Shown: positions 1 to 14,452 of the stretch, one piece after another
How the letters are laid out: each line of letters opens with the position of its first letter
Numbering within the stretch: the stretch's first letter is position 1
Assembly (NCBI GenBank): GCA_951406725.2
Contig: OX597827.1
Location: forward strand, 9,300,001 to 9,364,000
Length of the DNA: 64,000 bases
Reading direction: 5' to 3'
Source: Octopus vulgaris
Lineage: Eukaryota
The notes under the pieces: generated by a model
Database searches by the model: none
What the model was told of the DNA's origin: nothing
The model's input: the letters and a program-made list of their open reading frames with translations, nothing else
Position numbers and translations under genes: made by a program

Positions 1-480
1 GAACGCGAAGGCTGTAACTCAATTTGACATGCATTAAAGCCCAGTGCTCTATCAATGCCGCAAGAAGAATGAGAAGCAAAACAGAAAGCAAAAATATGAT
101 GTGTAAATAATGTAGACACGTGCTATGTGTCAATGAATTGTGATAGTGTTGCAAATCTTAGCTTTTATCTGTTTCAGTTATGTCGCTAATGCTCTTAGAA
201 GAAAGAGGATTTCATGCAACGATTTCAAGTTTGCCCAGGGATAACTGAAATTTATATACTCGAGGTATAATAATCAGTTGCAGAATCTGAAACAGATAAT
301 CCAGTGAAATAGAGGAAAAACATGTAGATTAGAAAGAGATGTAAAGCAAGATGTTTCCACCACCAAAAACAGAAAAGTAATGAAATATATAAAAAGTTAA
401 AGAATGACATCTAGAGATCCAAGATATAAGAACATATCTATCTATTTATCTATATCTGTCTGTCTCTCTCTCTGTATATG

Positions 481-684
481 CTCTTTTACTCGTTTCAGTC
501 ATGTGACTGTGGCCATGCTGGAGCACCGCCTTTAGTCGAGCAAATCGACCCCGGGACTTATTCTTTGTAAGCCTAGTACTTATTCTATCAGTCTCTTTTT
601 GCCGAACCGCTAAGTTACGGGGATGTAAACACACCAGCATCGGGTGTCAAGCGATGCTGGGGGGGGGGGGGGACAAACACAGAC
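481..684 (-). mobile_element. SINE family A, 3' half
   Basis: Reverse complement of the family-A tail seen in full copies at 7655, 31149, 32242 and 59012. Confidence 0.85.
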
Positions 685-1049
685 ATACAAACATATATAC
701 ACACACATACATACATATATACATATATACATATATACACACGCATACATACATATATACATATATAAGAATAAAGAGTAAACTGTAAAATACAGGTGGG
801 AAAATTAAATCAAGCCGAAATCTATTACTGAAAGAATATACCTGCCACACACTCATTGAGGAAGAGGCTTCAGTCGATTTTAAAATTGTAACAGAATAAC
901 AAGAGATTGTAAAAAAAATGTGTTGGAAAAAATCCAGAAGGAAACCTATTTTCTTAGTGAAGGTTCATGCTAGGGAATAAAGGATAAGACAACACCTTTT
1001 AGAAAGTTATGAACAAAACAATGTAATTGCTATATGTATACTTGTATTT

Positions 1050-1174
1050 ACACACACAAACACATAAACACACACACACAGAAACATACATACATACATG
1101 CATGCATACATGCATACATACATACATACATGCATGCATACATGCATACATGCATACATACATACATACATACA

Positions 1175-1205
<31 letters not shown>

Positions 1206-1232
1206 GTATGTGTGTGTATATATATATATATA
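1050..1232. repeat. Compound (CA)n/(CATA)n/(TA)n microsatellite
   Basis: Visible simple repeats. Confidence 0.9.
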
Positions 1233-1409
1233 CTGTTGTGTCTGGGGAGAGTCATTTTCTTTTTCTGCCTTATAATTTAACACACTCACTGGTAAAATTT
1301 CCACTTATTCCTAATTTTTATTTTCCTCAAATTTTCGTTGCGTCTTGCAACCTTTTCAATAGTCTTGACTCTGTCCGTTATTTACACTGCATTCCTTTTT
1401 GTTTGTTTG
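1233..1409 (+). mobile_element. Unclassified interspersed repeat fragment
   Basis: Inverted homologous copy at about 3806-3985; both copies flanked by microsatellites. Confidence 0.75.
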
Positions 1410-1423
1410 TATATATATATATA

Positions 1424-1673
1424 TGGCACGTTAAAAGCACCAACTGATCGTGGCCGATGCCAGACTCTACTGGCACCTGTGCCGGTGGCACGTAAATAGC
1501 ACCCACTACACTCGCGGAGTGGTTGGCGTTAGGAAGGGCATCCAGCTGTAGAAACACTGCCAGACCAGACTGGAGCCTGGTGCAGCCCCTGGCTTCCCAG
1601 ACCCCGGTCGAACCATCCAACCCGTGCTAGCGCGGAAAAACGGACGTTAAAAAATGATGATGATAATGATGAT
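1424..1673 (+). mobile_element. 3' terminus of RTE-clade LINE (family C), 5'-truncated
   Basis: Matches the 3' UTR of the LINE remnant at 35200-36079; ends in a (TGA)n tail. Confidence 0.8.
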
Positions 1674-1858
1674 ATATATATATACATATATGTTTTAATA
1701 ATATATTATTATTATTATTAATATAAGGAAATCAATATCGAATACCCATATGAAAGACCTTGTGTATTAAAAACTATATAAATAAATAATTATAAAAATA
1801 TAAATATAATGTATAAAATAAATTTGAAAGTTTAAAAGTTTTGAATTAAGTTTTTAAG

Positions 1859-1950
1859 CATCATGCGATCGTTTTGCAGAAGGGTTGTCCCTATAATGAA
1901 ATCCTATATTGATAAGCACTTATAGACAACCCTTCTGCTCTTCAGAGATA
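1859..1950 (-). ncRNA. Degenerate type I hammerhead ribozyme motif
   Basis: Minus strand: CTGAAGA, perfect 14-bp stem II (gcagaagggttgtc/gacaacccttctgc), AAAA in place of GAAA, palindromic cgatcg; weak stem I. Confidence 0.5.
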
Positions 1951-2062
1951 TAAAATATGAATATTGTATAATATATCGAATGATACTTTTTTTTTAAAAT
2001 TTGAATTAAAATTGTAAAATGGTGTTTGTAAAAAGATGTTTGTAAAATAGTGTTTGTTTGAA

Positions 2063-2366
2063 ATCTTTATATATAAAACTAAAGTTGTGTGTGTGTCTGT
2101 TTACTCCGATTTAGATTCCTAACTACTCCCACATTTTGCGGTGCAGTTTAACCAAAAGCGAGTATCTTATAGTCATGATTCATATCGAGCCTTTCTGGGT
2201 ATTAGCCCGCATACACGATGAGTCTACGATTTAAAAAAAATTTACCATCATTTTTCCGCATTTTTAATGATTTTTGCTCAAGTTATATAAGGGAAGTAAC
2301 TCTCTAAAAATGCTTATATAGTTATTTCCCTTACAAACCCGAGCAACGCCGGGCGATACTGCCAGT
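2063..2366 (-). mobile_element. Non-autonomous Helitron/Helentron-like element
   Basis: Homologous to 29814-30216 and 49233-49623; ACT(A/G)G start, GC-rich hairpin, GACA/CA repeat, TTTTATATATAAAGAT end, no TSD. Confidence 0.7.
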
Positions 2367-3114
2367 GTAGAATAAAAATTAAAAATTACTACTTTTGATG
2401 AGTCTTTGAATCCATATATATTTCCTTGGTTATTCTACGGCAATAATCCATAATATTTATACTCAAAATCCGTCATATTATCTTGCATTCCAGTATAGTT
2501 CATATGGTTAGTTTAGAAGTGGGGAATTTGCATATACTTTAGTATGAGAGTCTTGAAATTCATATGTCTTCTTGGTAATTCCTCTGTAGCAATCCATGAC
2601 ATTTTTGTCTTGGTAATTCTTCAGTAGCAATCCATAATATTTTTGTATAAAACTCATTATATTATCTGGTAATTCAAATATAGTTCATAATACAAAATCA
2701 AATTATATTTTAAATTATATTTGAAGCTATGAATTTGTAAAATTATAAACTGGTCACAGTATTTCTTTTATATTTTTATTTTTATAATTGGAAAATACCA
2801 ATCAAAATTTTAGATTTTTAAATTTAATTCAATTATAACTGTCCATTTGTTATAGATAAGATTGACCCGGGTTCTAATCCTATGAATGTCTATTCAATCT
2901 TTATTTAATGTCTAATTTATAATTTCACATCTATAATTTATATCTTATAAATTTACTTATAGCCAAATAATTCTATTCAATTAATCAATCTATCTATTCG
3001 TAAGTATCACCCTATATTTTAATATCACACAAAAAAAAGGGATATCTATATATATTTACTAATCCAAATCTTTATTAGATTCCCTATAATATTTAAAAGT
3101 TTTATATACATATA

Positions 3115-3338
3115 CTCTTTTACTCTCTTTTACTTGTTTCAGTCATTTGACTGCGGCCATGCTGGAGCATCGCCTTTAGTCGAGCAAATCGACCCCGGGA
3201 CTTATTCTTTGTAAGCCCAGTACTTATTCTATCGGTCTCTTTTTGCCGAACCGCTAGTGACGGTGACGTAAACACACCAACATCGGTTGTCAAGCAATGC
3301 TAGGGGGACAAACACAGACACACAACACATACACACAA

Positions 3339-3377
<39 letters not shown>

Positions 3378-3538
3378 TATGACAGACTTCTTTCAGTTTC
3401 CGTCTACCAAATCCACTCACAAGGCATTGGTCGGCCCGGGGCTATAGCAGAAGACACTTGCCCAAGATGCCACGCAGTGGGACTGAACCCGGTACCATGT
3501 GGTTGGTTAGCAAGCTACTTACCACACAGCCACTCCTG
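3115..3538 (-). mobile_element. SINE family A, full length (tRNA-derived head, internal TA/TG microsatellite)
   Basis: A-box-like TGGCTGTGTGG, B-box-like GGTTCAGTCCC, (GTAAAAGA)n tail; many near-identical copies in the window. Confidence 0.9.
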
Positions 3539-3805
3539 TATATATATAAAACTAATACTACAGGAAAATTAGAATAGCTAATAATAGCACACACAAGGAG
3601 ACAGAGGTACATACATATACAATCATATGCTCACACACATACATAAAAAATACACAAACACGGACAGGCAAGCATATGAATATGGAGAATACATACATAC
3701 GTATATACATATGCATACACACACATATATATACATACACACATGCATGCATACGTAAAAACATGCATGCATGCATAGGCACACACACTGACCTACACAC
3801 ATGCG

Positions 3806-4043
3806 CACAAACAAACAAAACGATCACAGAGTAAATAATGGACAGAGTCAAGACTATTGAAAAGGTTGCAAGACACAACGAAAATTTTAGGAAAATAAAA
3901 ATAAGGAATACGAGGAAATTTTACCCATGAGTGTGTTAAAATATAAGGCACAAAAAAGAAAATGACTCTCCCCAGACGGAACAGAATATGCTTCAACACA
4001 CGAACTCACATAAAGAATCTTGCAAACAAAATCCTAAAACGAA

Positions 4044-4045
<2 letters not shown>
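3806..4045 (-). mobile_element. Second copy of the unclassified repeat at 1233-1409
   Basis: Reverse-complement similarity over about 175 bp. Confidence 0.75.
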
Positions 4046-4130
<85 letters not shown>

Positions 4131-4131
<1 letters not shown>

Positions 4132-4519
4132 TCTTTTACTTGTTTCAGTCATTTGACTGCGGCCATGCTGGAGCACCGCATTTAGTCGAGCAAATCGACC
4201 CCGGGACTTATTCTTTGTAAGCCCAGTACTTATTCTATCGGTCTCTTTTGCCGAACCGCTAAGTGACGGGGATGCAAACACACCAGCATCGGTTGTCAAG
4301 CAATGCTAGGGGGACAAACACAGACACACAAATATATTTACACATATACATATATATATACATATATACGACGGGCTTCTTTCAGTTTCCGTCTACCAAA
4401 TCCACTCACAAGGCATTGGTCGGCCCGGGGCTATAGCAGAAGACACTTGCCCAAGATGCCACGCAGTGGGACTGAACCCGGAACCATGTGGTTGGTAAGC
4501 AAGCTACTTACCACACAGC
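4131..4519 (-). mobile_element. SINE family A, near full length
   Basis: Near-identical to 3115-3538. Confidence 0.9.
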
Positions 4520-4914
4520 TACAAGATAAGGAAGAAAGTGAAGATATCAATATAGAAATTAGTTTAATACTATTTACAAGTGTTTTAATACCATTTTGTT
4601 GCAAACCAAATTACATACTGGTGATTATGTGTGATAAATTACATAAAAGCTGTATATATTCATCTATGACTGAATAGTACAGAGCAGCACATTATCAGAT
4701 ATTTACCAGAACTTGCCTTTACCCCAGTCTTGAAGCCTTAAAGTGTGGATAATGAGGTGTGTGTACTGAGTACTGCATAAAGAATACACTGGTATATTAC
4801 ACAACCCAAACACAAACACATACACACAGAAACATATATACATACATGTAAATGAATATAATGTCATTCAATCTAACCAAGCAAATATATTATCATAAAC
4901 GTAAAATATATTAT

Positions 4915-5077
4915 CTATACTCGCGGAGTGGTTGGCGTTAGGAAGGGCATCCAGCTGGAGAAACACTGCCAGATCAGACTGGAGCCTGGTGCAGCCTCCT
5001 GGCTTCCCAGAACCCGGTCGAGCCGTCCAACCCGTGCTAGCGCGGAAAACGGATGTTAAACGATGATGATGATGATG
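4915..5077 (+). mobile_element. RTE LINE 3' terminus (family C)
   Basis: Same sequence as 1505-1673; (GAT)n tail. Confidence 0.8.
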
Positions 5078-5774
5078 TATATCATATAGCATATACTATA
5101 TACTAACAGGTATCTGGTAGCAGGGTGTATATTACATACACAATTTAGGGGGCGATTAAATGAAAGAATTTCTGTTATACAGCCCCAAGGGACAGACTAC
5201 ATAAGACATGAGCTGTAAATATAAATTTGAAACATTTATGAACTGCAATCTCCCCCACTTTGCACATAGACAAACCTGCAGCAAAATACCTGAACGTGAT
5301 TACATTTAAACTCTGCTTGAAGCTATAAATTATAAATATTTTCTCGAAACACATCAAGAATTTATTTTTTGTTCTTTTTGCGGAATCTACTAAAAAGCTC
5401 AATAAATTGCTTAGAGCAATAAAAATTAATATGTTATGTTGTCTAACTGAATTAAAAATAACTCAAGGAAAATTTATTAAGTTGAATATATGTAACAGAT
5501 ATTTGAAATATTAACGTGTTTCTGATAACTGGGTGTATATTACATGATTGTGCTGCTGAAACTTATTCAGATGTTGGACCAATATAAATTTCATTTGTCC
5601 ACCAGATGAAGAACGTTTGTATTTAATATGTGTATTTAATAAACTTCCAGCTACCAGAAGCAGATACACGTCCCAGGTAGATATTATGTATTTTAATATA
5701 TTTGCTCACATAACATTATATTAATTTGTATAGCTCTAACCTATTTGTACATACATACACACATACAGGTATAA

Positions 5775-5865
5775 ATGCATGTATATATACATACACACAC
5801 ACACACACACACACAACATATATATATATATATATACATACATATATATATACATATATATATAC

Positions 5866-5954
<89 letters not shown>

Positions 5955-6085
5955 AATATATATATACTTATATAAACTGATTTGTGTGTGTATGTGCATA
6001 TATATGTGTATGTATGTATGTATATAAAAATATATATGTGTATATATATATATATATATATGTTACATACACATACATATGTATA
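5775..6085. repeat. (CA)n/(TA)n microsatellite block
   Basis: Visible simple repeats. Confidence 0.9.
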
Positions 6086-6649
6086 TACTCTGGTGAGGCC
6101 TTAATTATTCATATTGCAAATATGAGATAAGCAGGATCAATACACATGATCCCTCTGTACTTGCTAACATGCAGGTTTGAACTTCAAATGACAATTAATT
6201 TGTTGTTATCGTGGTTGGCTAGGCTGCTCTACATTCTCTTTGTCCGAAAGAAGAGTAAGATTTAATTATTTGTTTTCTGTAGGTTGAATGTGTATTGAGA
6301 ACGGAAATCCATTGAGGGCATCTATATAATATGAGAACAGTTCAGAAACACTGGTTTGCCATTAAAAACTACCTCTCATTCATTCTAAACTTAAAAAAAA
6401 AAAAAAAAAGAGAATTACGGAAATGTACTCGCATAGCAAGTGATTTGATCTGAGATCGTGTGCTGGAACAAAAACAATTGCATCTCAGCAGCACAGATTT
6501 TTGTCAGTGAACAGGTCGCGGATTTTAGCGACGAAAATATTTTGACAAATTAAACTTAAATGTTGAAGTGAATCGAACGGCTTTTGTGTGTTTCTTAAAT
6601 GGCTTATAAACACCTTCAATGCTGCAATTGTTGTAAAAAAAAAGAAACG

Positions 6650-7110
6650 GTTACACAAGTGCCATGCATCAAGAAGGAAACAGGTATCCAATAACATCTT
6701 TTGGGATGGCACATATTGAACACAACCACTTTGCGGATTGTAGCAAGTTTTCTTCTTTCCTGCTAACTAGAACTTCAGTCTTGGCTAAATTTGATATGAT
6801 GCCTTTCAATTAGATTTTGCTCCCAGGTCTGGAATTTCTTTGCTAAATCAACTAAGTTCCTACTATAATAACCAAGTCGTCTGAACATAGGAATGTCAAC
6901 AAACAGATAGTCTTAAGCCCTTCTCATGGGGCATCTAGGACTATAATCAACAAGAGGAGACTGAGAAATGTTCTCTGATGGACTACTACTTGTTTATTAA
7001 AGCCATCACTAAACTCATTGCTAATTCTCATTGCTATCTGAACATTAGACAAGCCATTCATCTAACACAAGTTTCCATAGCAGGCACAAGATCACAGGGC
7101 ATGATTTTCA
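6650..7110 (-). pseudogene. Highly decayed RTE-clade reverse transcriptase fragment
   Basis: Manual minus-strand translation across frameshifts gives LCSDDLVII (YADD box remnant), KKFQTWEQNL, NLAKTEVLVS and KWLCSIC in RTE order. Confidence 0.6.
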
Positions 7111-7654
7111 GTCAAAATCTTATATATGTTGAAAAATAACAAGTAAGGGGCTTACTCCTTACTAAGTACTTTTCCTTTGGTTGTTTCACAATGAAGATGG
7201 CATTGGTAATTTTCTCTTTTTGTGTGTGTGTGTGTCTGTGTACAAATCCAAACTGATCTGATCATCTTGGCTAATTCCCTTATCAATTGATTGTGCAATG
7301 ATGATACTTTTCATACCTTTCAAAACCTGATGCAGTTGTTTGAGTGCTTGTTTCTATTGCATCACCTTTGCCTTTGCAGCAGCTGATGAACATGCAAAAC
7401 CAACTGTTGGGTATGGCACTTTTCTGTATAATTTATATCTTCCTTTCATTCCTTCTCTATCTCATCGTTGCTTTAAGTTCATTTTCCATGCTTTCATTGG
7501 ATTGATGAAATTTGCTGAGGCAGATTTTATATGGCCCAGATGCCCTCCTTAGTACCAATCCTGACCTGTTTAAAAGAATCTGTTTCCCCATTGTTAAACA
7601 TATTTTCAAGAAGACTGGAAGCTCACAACCCCACATGTAAAACGATGATACATA

Positions 7655-8051
7655 GGCGCAGGAGTGGCTGTGTGGTAAGTAGCTTGCTAACCAACCACAT
7701 GGTTCCGGGTTCAGTCCCACTGCGTGGCATCTTGGGCAAGTGTCTTCTGCTATAGCCGTGGGCCAACCAATGCCTTGTGAGTGGATTTGGTAGACGGAAA
7801 CTGAAAGAAGCCCGTCGTATATATGTATATTTATATGTGTGTTTGTGTGTCTGTGTTTGTCCCCCTAGCATTGCTTGACAACCGATGCTGGTGTGTTTAC
7901 GTCCCCGTCACTTAGCGGTTTGGCAAAAGAGACCGATAGAATAAGTACTAGGTTTAAAAAGAATAAGTCCCGGGGTCGATTTGCTCGACTAAAGGCGGTG
8001 CCCCAGCATGGCCACAGTCACATGACTGAAACAAGTAAAAGAGTAAAAGAG
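7655..8051 (+). mobile_element. SINE family A, full length
   Basis: GGCGCAGGAGTGGCTGTGTGG head to GAGTAAAAGAG tail. Confidence 0.9.
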
Positions 8052-8177
8052 CTTACAATGATCATGCTCTGTCAATACAAGCTTGATACAAACACACACA
8101 GACAAACACAAACACATATATGGCATGCTTTTTCAATGTCTGGTCACTACTTGCCTTGGCAGACCTGATGTTATAGT

Positions 8178-8547
8178 GGATGGAAGCACTCTGTTGGTTA
8201 CGACGACGAGGGTTCCGGTTGATCCGAATCAACGGAACAGCCTGCTCGTGAAATTAACGTGTAAGTGGCTGAGCACTCCACAGACACATGCACCCTTAAC
8301 GTAGTTCTCAGGGATATTCAGCGTGACACAGAGAGTGACAAGGCCGGCCCCTTGAAATACAGGTACAACAGAAACAGGAAGTAAGAGTGAGAGAATGTTG
8401 TGGTGAAAGAGTACAGCAGGGATCACCACCATTCCCTGCCAGAGCCTCGTGGAGCTTTTAGGTGTTTTCGCTCAATAAACACTCACAACGCCCGGTCTGG
8501 GAATCGAAACCATGATCCTATGACCGCGAGTCCGCTGCCCTAACCAC
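8178..8547 (-). mobile_element. tRNA-derived SINE family D with 57-bp flanking direct repeat
   Basis: Minus-strand B box GGTTTCGATTCCC; tail shared with 15164-15340 and 48560-48780; flanks 8121-8177 and 8548-8603 are duplicated. Confidence 0.85.
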
Positions 8548-8698
8548 TGGCATGCTTTTTCAATGTCTGGTCACTACTTGCCTTGGCAGACTGATGTTAT
8601 AGTATGATACTGTGCACTGAGATTGAAACCAAACCCCCAAACTTGAAAATTGAAGTTCTTAACCCTGCAGCCATACCTGCACCTTATATAAGTAGATA

Positions 8699-8800
8699 TC
8701 ATCATCCTCACCATGTTAACGTCCACTTTTCAATGCCTGGATGGGTCAGATAGAGGTTTTTGAGACCTATGTTCTACAGTTGGATGCCCTTCCTGTTACC
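8699..8800 (-). mobile_element. Diverged family C LINE tail
   Basis: ttaacgtccactttt and ggatgcccttcct motifs. Confidence 0.5.
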
Positions 8801-8974
8801 AACCTTTACCTGTTTCCAATCAAGGTAATATTTCAATATGACCAGACATGTTTTGTAGAATACAAGAATCATGCAATGTCAACACACAAAAAAAACACAA
8901 AAACAAATGCACACAACCACACACATATGTACATGCCTGCACATACACATGCACAATGTGCTTTTTACATTTTC

Positions 8975-9118
8975 CAACTACCAAATTTCCTTACAAGTCT
9001 TTGAATAGCCTGGGGCTTTAGCAAAAGACACTTGACCCAAGATGCCAAGCTGTGGGATTGATCCCTAAACCTTGTGGTTGGGAAACAAACTTCTCAATCA
9101 TGCAACCACACCTGCAAC
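8975..9118 (-). mobile_element. Old diverged SINE A 5' half
   Basis: Degenerate match to the family-A head. Confidence 0.55.
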
Positions 9119-9393
9119 CTATGTATATGTATAAATATAGTGTTTTTATACCGTCTTTCTACTTCTATGCTTCTCTGCTTGATAAGTCTCTCTTTTTGCA
9201 TTTTGTGAGGAATTTGGATTTGGTTCATAATGTATGAAATATGTTGAGCAATTTTGGATTGATGCATGCCTCGATTTATATCTTTTTGTCATGATATCAC
9301 ATTAATTATGCTTTGTTCTAGCATTGACATCTCATCTCTTCATGTCAAACACAAGGAATTATGTACTGAGGTACACATTTCAAATAATACTAA

Positions 9394-9985
<592 letters not shown>

Positions 9986-10347
9986 AGCCAGTGCTTTTGA
10001 ATAAAAATATCTTGCATTGCTATTTGTTCTACCAAACTTACACTGCCACTTTCTTGTCAATCTTGCCATGGGAGATATACAGACAACCGATGATTGATCC
10101 ATTGGATATCTCTAACCATATTCTTCACTAAAGATGTTATAAAAAAATGTAATAAATAAGCATTTTTATGATGCAAAAGAAAAATGTCCATTAAATGACA
10201 GTAAAATATATATTATATCTTGTTAGGAATAACTTTATTTTATCATTAAGTATTGTGTTGTTGTTTTTTTTTTGTTTTTGGTTTAACGCCTCTTCATAAT
10301 CTGTTATGTTGGATGTTCTGTTTCTTCCTTTGTACTATGCATGTTGC

Positions 10348-10350
<3 letters not shown>

Positions 10351-10423
<73 letters not shown>
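10351..10423. repeat. (TG)n microsatellite
   Basis: Visible simple repeat. Confidence 0.9.
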
Positions 10424-11099
10424 GCATGCCTGTTTTGTTGCAATGCAAGCTGGTGTGTATCTCCCCTTCAAAAGGTTTTCTATATCTCATACAGCGTGCT
10501 TTGATCTGGCATTAGCATCAGCTGCATCTCCTGCTTGTTATGATCTATTTGAAACAGACAAACTTTCAGTAATCATACAAACTTTTCTTCTATTATTTTC
10601 TTATCTTCGGCTTCCCTTTCAACGTTAGCCTTCTCAACAGAGACCTATATTTCACGAAGAACGCTAATCTCATTTCGCAATTCCTTTCTTTCTCTTACAT
10701 ACCATACATATATATTTTGTCATTAATATTATTTTGATGGCTCTTGAATTATACCACAAAATTATCTAACCTTAATTAATGGATATTCATAGCGTGCAAG
10801 GTGTGTATGCATGTGCATGTATGTGTATTAAGGGCAGAATATATATATTCTTAAATGCTTGGAATATTACATATCTGTTTATAGCATGCAAACATCTCAT
10901 ATCCAAAATTTAACACTGATTAACAGTTGAGAATAACAATATTTGGAAGAGAAGCTGAAGTCTCTATCTCATGATTGATTCATCTGCTTTGAAATGTTGT
11001 TATGCTATCATACTGTGAGTTGTCTTCAGAACATTATATTGTATTTCATGTATATAATAATACACAAATGTATTTGCCCAAATATGTGTGTGTATATAG

Positions 11100-11508
11100 G
11101 GGCAGGAGTGGCTGTGTGTTAAATAGCTTGCTTACGAACCACATGGTTCTGGGTTCAGTCCTACTGCGTGGCAACTTGGGCAAGTGTGTTCTACTATAGC
11201 CTCAGGCCGACCAAAGCCTTGTGAGTCGATTTGGTAGACGGAAACTGAAAGAAGCCCGTCGTATATATGTATATATGTATATGTATGTGTGTGTGTATAT
11301 GTTTATGTGTCTGTGTTTCTCCCCCCCCAAACATCGATTGACAACCGATGCTGGTGTGTTTGTGTCCCCATAACTTAGCGGTCTCAAAAGAGAACGATAG
11401 AATAAGTACTAGGCTTACAAAGAATATGTCCTGGGGTCGATTTTCTCGACTAAAGGCGGTGCTCCAGCATGGCCACAGTCAAAATGACTGAAACAAGTAA
11501 AAAGAGAG
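11100..11508 (+). mobile_element. SINE family A, full length
   Basis: Head and tail match other copies. Confidence 0.9.
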
Positions 11509-12739
11509 TGTGTGCTTGCATGCATGTGTACATGCATAATATTCATATGGTTGTGTTTACTCTTATGTGTTTTCAAGGTGCATTGAAAAAAGTATTTATT
11601 TCAAAATAATAAAAAAATTATATATGTATAATATATATATATATTAAACAGAAAATTTTATTTACATAAGACAATTAAATATAAAGGTATCATTTTAAAA
11701 AATTATATATTCATTTCATCATTTTTTTTTCATACTTATCAGTAGGTTAATTATATTGATGGGTAATTCAATAAAAATTTGAAAATGCATTTTATAAATG
11801 TTTTAAAATCCACGAAATTTCCAGTGATTATAAAACTTGGAAAAGTTTAATACCAGTCTTTGAGTTTATGATGTAAACATTCCAACTGTAAAAATTAGTT
11901 GATAGTTTTTTTTTTTTTTTCATCTTTGAATAAGTCATGTCTCATCTTTAGTGTTTTCTTTGGATATGGATTATCCAATGCCAAAATGGTAATTGGTCAA
12001 TATGTACAAATAGCATTGCTGTTCTTGGAAATATGACAGTTGTATCCAACATTGAAAAAGTTCTTTTCCATGCAGCCAATAAAGAATCCAGGTCTGATTT
12101 TTGGTAATGATATTTTTTCAGTTTTCTTTTTTTTTTTCTATCATTTTATCAATGTACAACTAAACATTTCCTAATCTCCCCTCAAAATTCTATGTCAGTG
12201 AACTAAAAATGAATTGGTGACCAGTTCCACTTGACTCAACTCAAACAAAATCCTTTCAGTTGATATTTTCTGGTCATTCTTCTTTCCTTTGAGGTCTTTA
12301 AACATTCCATTGCAACTTCTTGAATCACTTGAAATATCTTCAACCAGATTTATACATACATACATACATACACATATATATACATATATATAATTTTTGC
12401 CAGAATTCTGTTCTATCTTCTTTTTCATGGTATTCCCAGGTCTTCATGTGCTTGTTCAGATGCTTTGATCTTTATCAACATTTTAAACTACTGTATCACT
12501 CATTGCATTGTTTTTATACCGTACTGGACATGACGATACAATGAATTTGCTGATGTGAAGTTCAGAAAATATCTCTTTGGAATTGGTTCAGTGATATTTT
12601 GTTTTTGTCTTTGAAATGCCAAAAAATTATTGACTCAGTAATATTCCATGGGATCCATATTTATGCTTAAAAAAAAAAGGAAAAAAGGTAGATGTAGTAA
12701 ACAGTTTTACCTTATTTACTTAAACATATGCTTACACTT

Positions 12740-13190
<451 letters not shown>

Positions 13191-14045
13191 TACCATGAAC
13201 TACAATACAATTTGAAATAAAAAGATAAGCTTATTTTTAAATGATGACCTTTGTAAATTTACATAATGTTAAAAAATTTGGGGAAATTTTTTTTATTGTT
13301 CCACATTTTGATCATGATTATTTTCATTTCTTTCAGTGCACCTCTGGTTTTGTTTTGTGACTACATTGAATTATAAGTAATTACTTATTTCCTATCAATT
13401 AAATAACAGCAAACTCCAAGTCTATTGTGAAAGAGATGAAACAAAGCAACACCAATTATTTTTCTTTCAAACTTAAAATTTAGCTTAACATGTAAAAAAA
13501 AAAAAAATGGAAGTTATTTTATATAATTTTAAATAAGAAAAACTCTTTTTGATAACATTTTACAAAGTTTTGCAGTCCAATTAAATACTTTAGATGAATT
13601 TTTATTTTTTTAAATAATAATTAGGTGAGTGGTTAGCAAAATTATTACAGCACCAAACAAAATATCATCCTTATCGTCATTATCATAACCACCACCACCA
13701 CCACCTTCATTGTCATCATCATCATCACCATTATAATCATTGTAATATCCATGTTAATATGCTTGTATAAGTTAGACAGGACTCATTGAAGAAGGAATGC
13801 AGAGAACATCCCTTATATCAAGTGATGTCAGGACAAGGGTACACACAAACACACACCCATGCATACACATTCATATATACATGCATCTCTCTCTCTCTCT
13901 CTCCATATGTATATATATATATGTATATATATATGTATATAAATGTATATATATATATATATGTATACATCGCCATGTTGATTCGCTAGCTTCTGCACGC
14001 ATTTTTTTTCTCTCCTTGTTTCTCTCCGTGTTTCTTTTCTGTGTA

Positions 14046-14083
14046 TCTTTCTGTTGAAGAGCATAGGCTCGAAACGTAAAAGA
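14046..14083 (+). ncRNA. Minimal hammerhead-like motif with variant core, inside a ~210-bp cassette (13968-14180)
   Basis: tcttt CTGTTGA a GAGC atag GCTC GAAA cg TA aaaga: stems I and II perfect, palindromic ACGT stem III, core A6 replaced by T. Confidence 0.55.
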
Positions 14084-14184
14084 CTTCTTCTATTTCTATT
14101 CCTGAGTGCCATACTAATACAATTGTTTGTTTGTATTCCACCTGCCTTCGTCTTTTGTTTATTTTCATAAAGCTTCCTGTTATA

Positions 14185-14273
<89 letters not shown>

Positions 14274-14309
14274 ACGTGCGTGTATGTATGTACATGTGTG
14301 TGTGTGGTA

Positions 14310-14452
14310 GTCTTCTTTCAATTTCCATCTATCAAATTCACTCATGAAGCTTTGTTTGGCCTATGGTCATTGTAGAAAACACTTACCCAAGGGTGACTGA
14401 GCCCAAAACCTCCTGACTGGAAAGCAAGTTTCTTACCTACATAGCCACACCC
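14310..14452 (-). mobile_element. Old diverged SINE A 5' half
   Basis: Degenerate match to the family-A head. Confidence 0.55.

Noticed and set aside
3845-3895. Hammerhead in the 1233/3806 repeat (gttgcaagacacaacGAAA)
   Set aside because: Hairpin plus GAAA only; 5' core and stem I do not fit in either copy
10570-10695. Minus-strand coiled-coil-like peptide (VSVEKANVEREAEDKKIIEEKF)
   Set aside because: Bounded by stops, weak splice signals, no recognisable family
12195-12680. Minus-strand exon after a strong polypyrimidine acceptor
   Set aside because: All three frames stop soon after the acceptor; could only be non-coding
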